A DNA stretch of 64,000 nucleotides from Octopus vulgaris (taxonomy: Eukaryota): NCBI GenBank assembly GCA_951406725.2, contig OX597815.1, forward strand, positions 133,548,001-133,612,000. The letters are read 5' to 3'. The position numbers and the translations under genes are program-made. Below the pieces are notes generated by a model, which saw nothing but the letters and a program-made list of their open reading frames with translations, did no database searches and was not told the DNA's origin. Below, one piece after another: positions 62,850-64,000 of this stretch; positions within the stretch are counted from its first letter, which is position 1, and each line of letters starts with the position of its first letter.

Positions 62850-63480
62850 TCATCATTATCATCATTATTTAACATCTGTTTTCTGTGTTGGAATGAGTTG
62901 GACAGTTCCATCAAGTTCTGGCAAGCCACAGGGCTGTGTTGAGCTCCAGTGTCAGCTTTGCCATGGTTTCTATGGTTGGATGCCCTTCCTAATGTCAACC
63001 ACTTTACAGCTTGTGCCAGTTACTTTTCTCAAGCCCCCAGCACCAGTGAAGTTGCCAATTGACTTGCAAGACAAGAAAGAAAAATGAGGAAGAAAATCCC
63101 CTTCAACTAAGTGGGGGGAGGGTATTTGAGAGAAGAGAGGTGGCTTTATACCAGGGATTGAGAGGGACAAGTACAGGTTTCTTGCGATAGTGAAGATACA
63201 TGGCTACCTCACATTTTATAAGGGTAGGAGTAACTGGAAAGAAGAGATGGTAGGATGCCAGAGCAAATCCTTTAGGGTACATGATGAACACAAGAGAATG
63301 CCGACTGTAGATTGAGGAGAGGGTTTGGTTCAAAAGATTGTGTAGGGAGAGTGAGAGATGGTTGGAGATAAGAATAGAGGTGAATATAGCTAGTAATGAA
63401 CAAAGGTGGAGGTGTGGTTGATGGGAAATGCCATTGTGGAGAGAGAAGGGGTAAAGATGGGATAGACACAAGTGGCTCAG
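62850..63480 (-). mobile_element. Long family D element, inverted relative to 61480-62182
   Basis: Reverse-complement tail followed by a G/A-rich body homologous to 61480-61900. Confidence 0.7.
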
Positions 63481-64000
63481 GAAGGAAGCTAGGTCAGAAG
63501 GTCGTTATAATTTAAAGATGAGGCATAACAGTTGTCGCCATGCAAATCAAATTAATGACTCACATGAATATATTAGTCATTGATTTAAAGCAGTGTTTTT
63601 CAATAAATGTTTTGCAGTATTTCCAGGTGTTAGCAATGTTTCTAATGTTGCTGCAAGATAATTAAGTTTACAACTACCATTAACTATTTTGTGATAATAT
63701 TTCCAGTGAAATACACTACTTATGTGTTTTAACTAATATTGAAATTAATCAATATTAATCTGGTGTTTAGAACTTAACACTGGATTCTGACTTAAAATTG
63801 TCATGGAAGATTTTAATTTGAATGTAACTACTGAAAAATGTTGTGTGTAAAGAAAAATCAGAAGAGTTTTAGGAGTATACATAGAACTTGTCCTTATTTT
63901 TGATTTTATATTAAGTGACCTCATCCAATCAGTATGCATAAATTGAGGGAAATATCTGAAGTATTGATGGATCTGGGTTATTTGGTGGTAACTAACTCTT

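Overview
AT-rich, repeat-saturated eukaryotic DNA, almost certainly from a coleoid cephalopod (Octopus-like). The attribution rests on recognisable tRNA-derived SINE families, RTE/CR1/HERO/Penelope relics and dense (CA)n/(TA)n/(GAT)n microsatellites. It reads as a very large intron or intergenic tract. No intact protein-coding gene is visible; nearly all supplied ORFs are by-products of microsatellites or decayed transposons, and only one 41-nt candidate exon (52076-52116) has clean splice signals. The most notable signals are: (i) a near-canonical type I hammerhead ribozyme inside a 343-bp direct-repeat unit (retrozyme-like, 18879-19302), plus three more degenerate hammerheads and hammerhead core motifs in scrambled order in a HERO retrotransposon 3' UTR; (ii) four near-perfect local fold-back inversions, three lying in transposon relics; (iii) an old RTE LINE split into divergent halves; (iv) closely spaced inverted SINE/LINE pairs that could form dsRNA. 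All family assignments are by eye, without database searches, and repeat boundaries are approximate.
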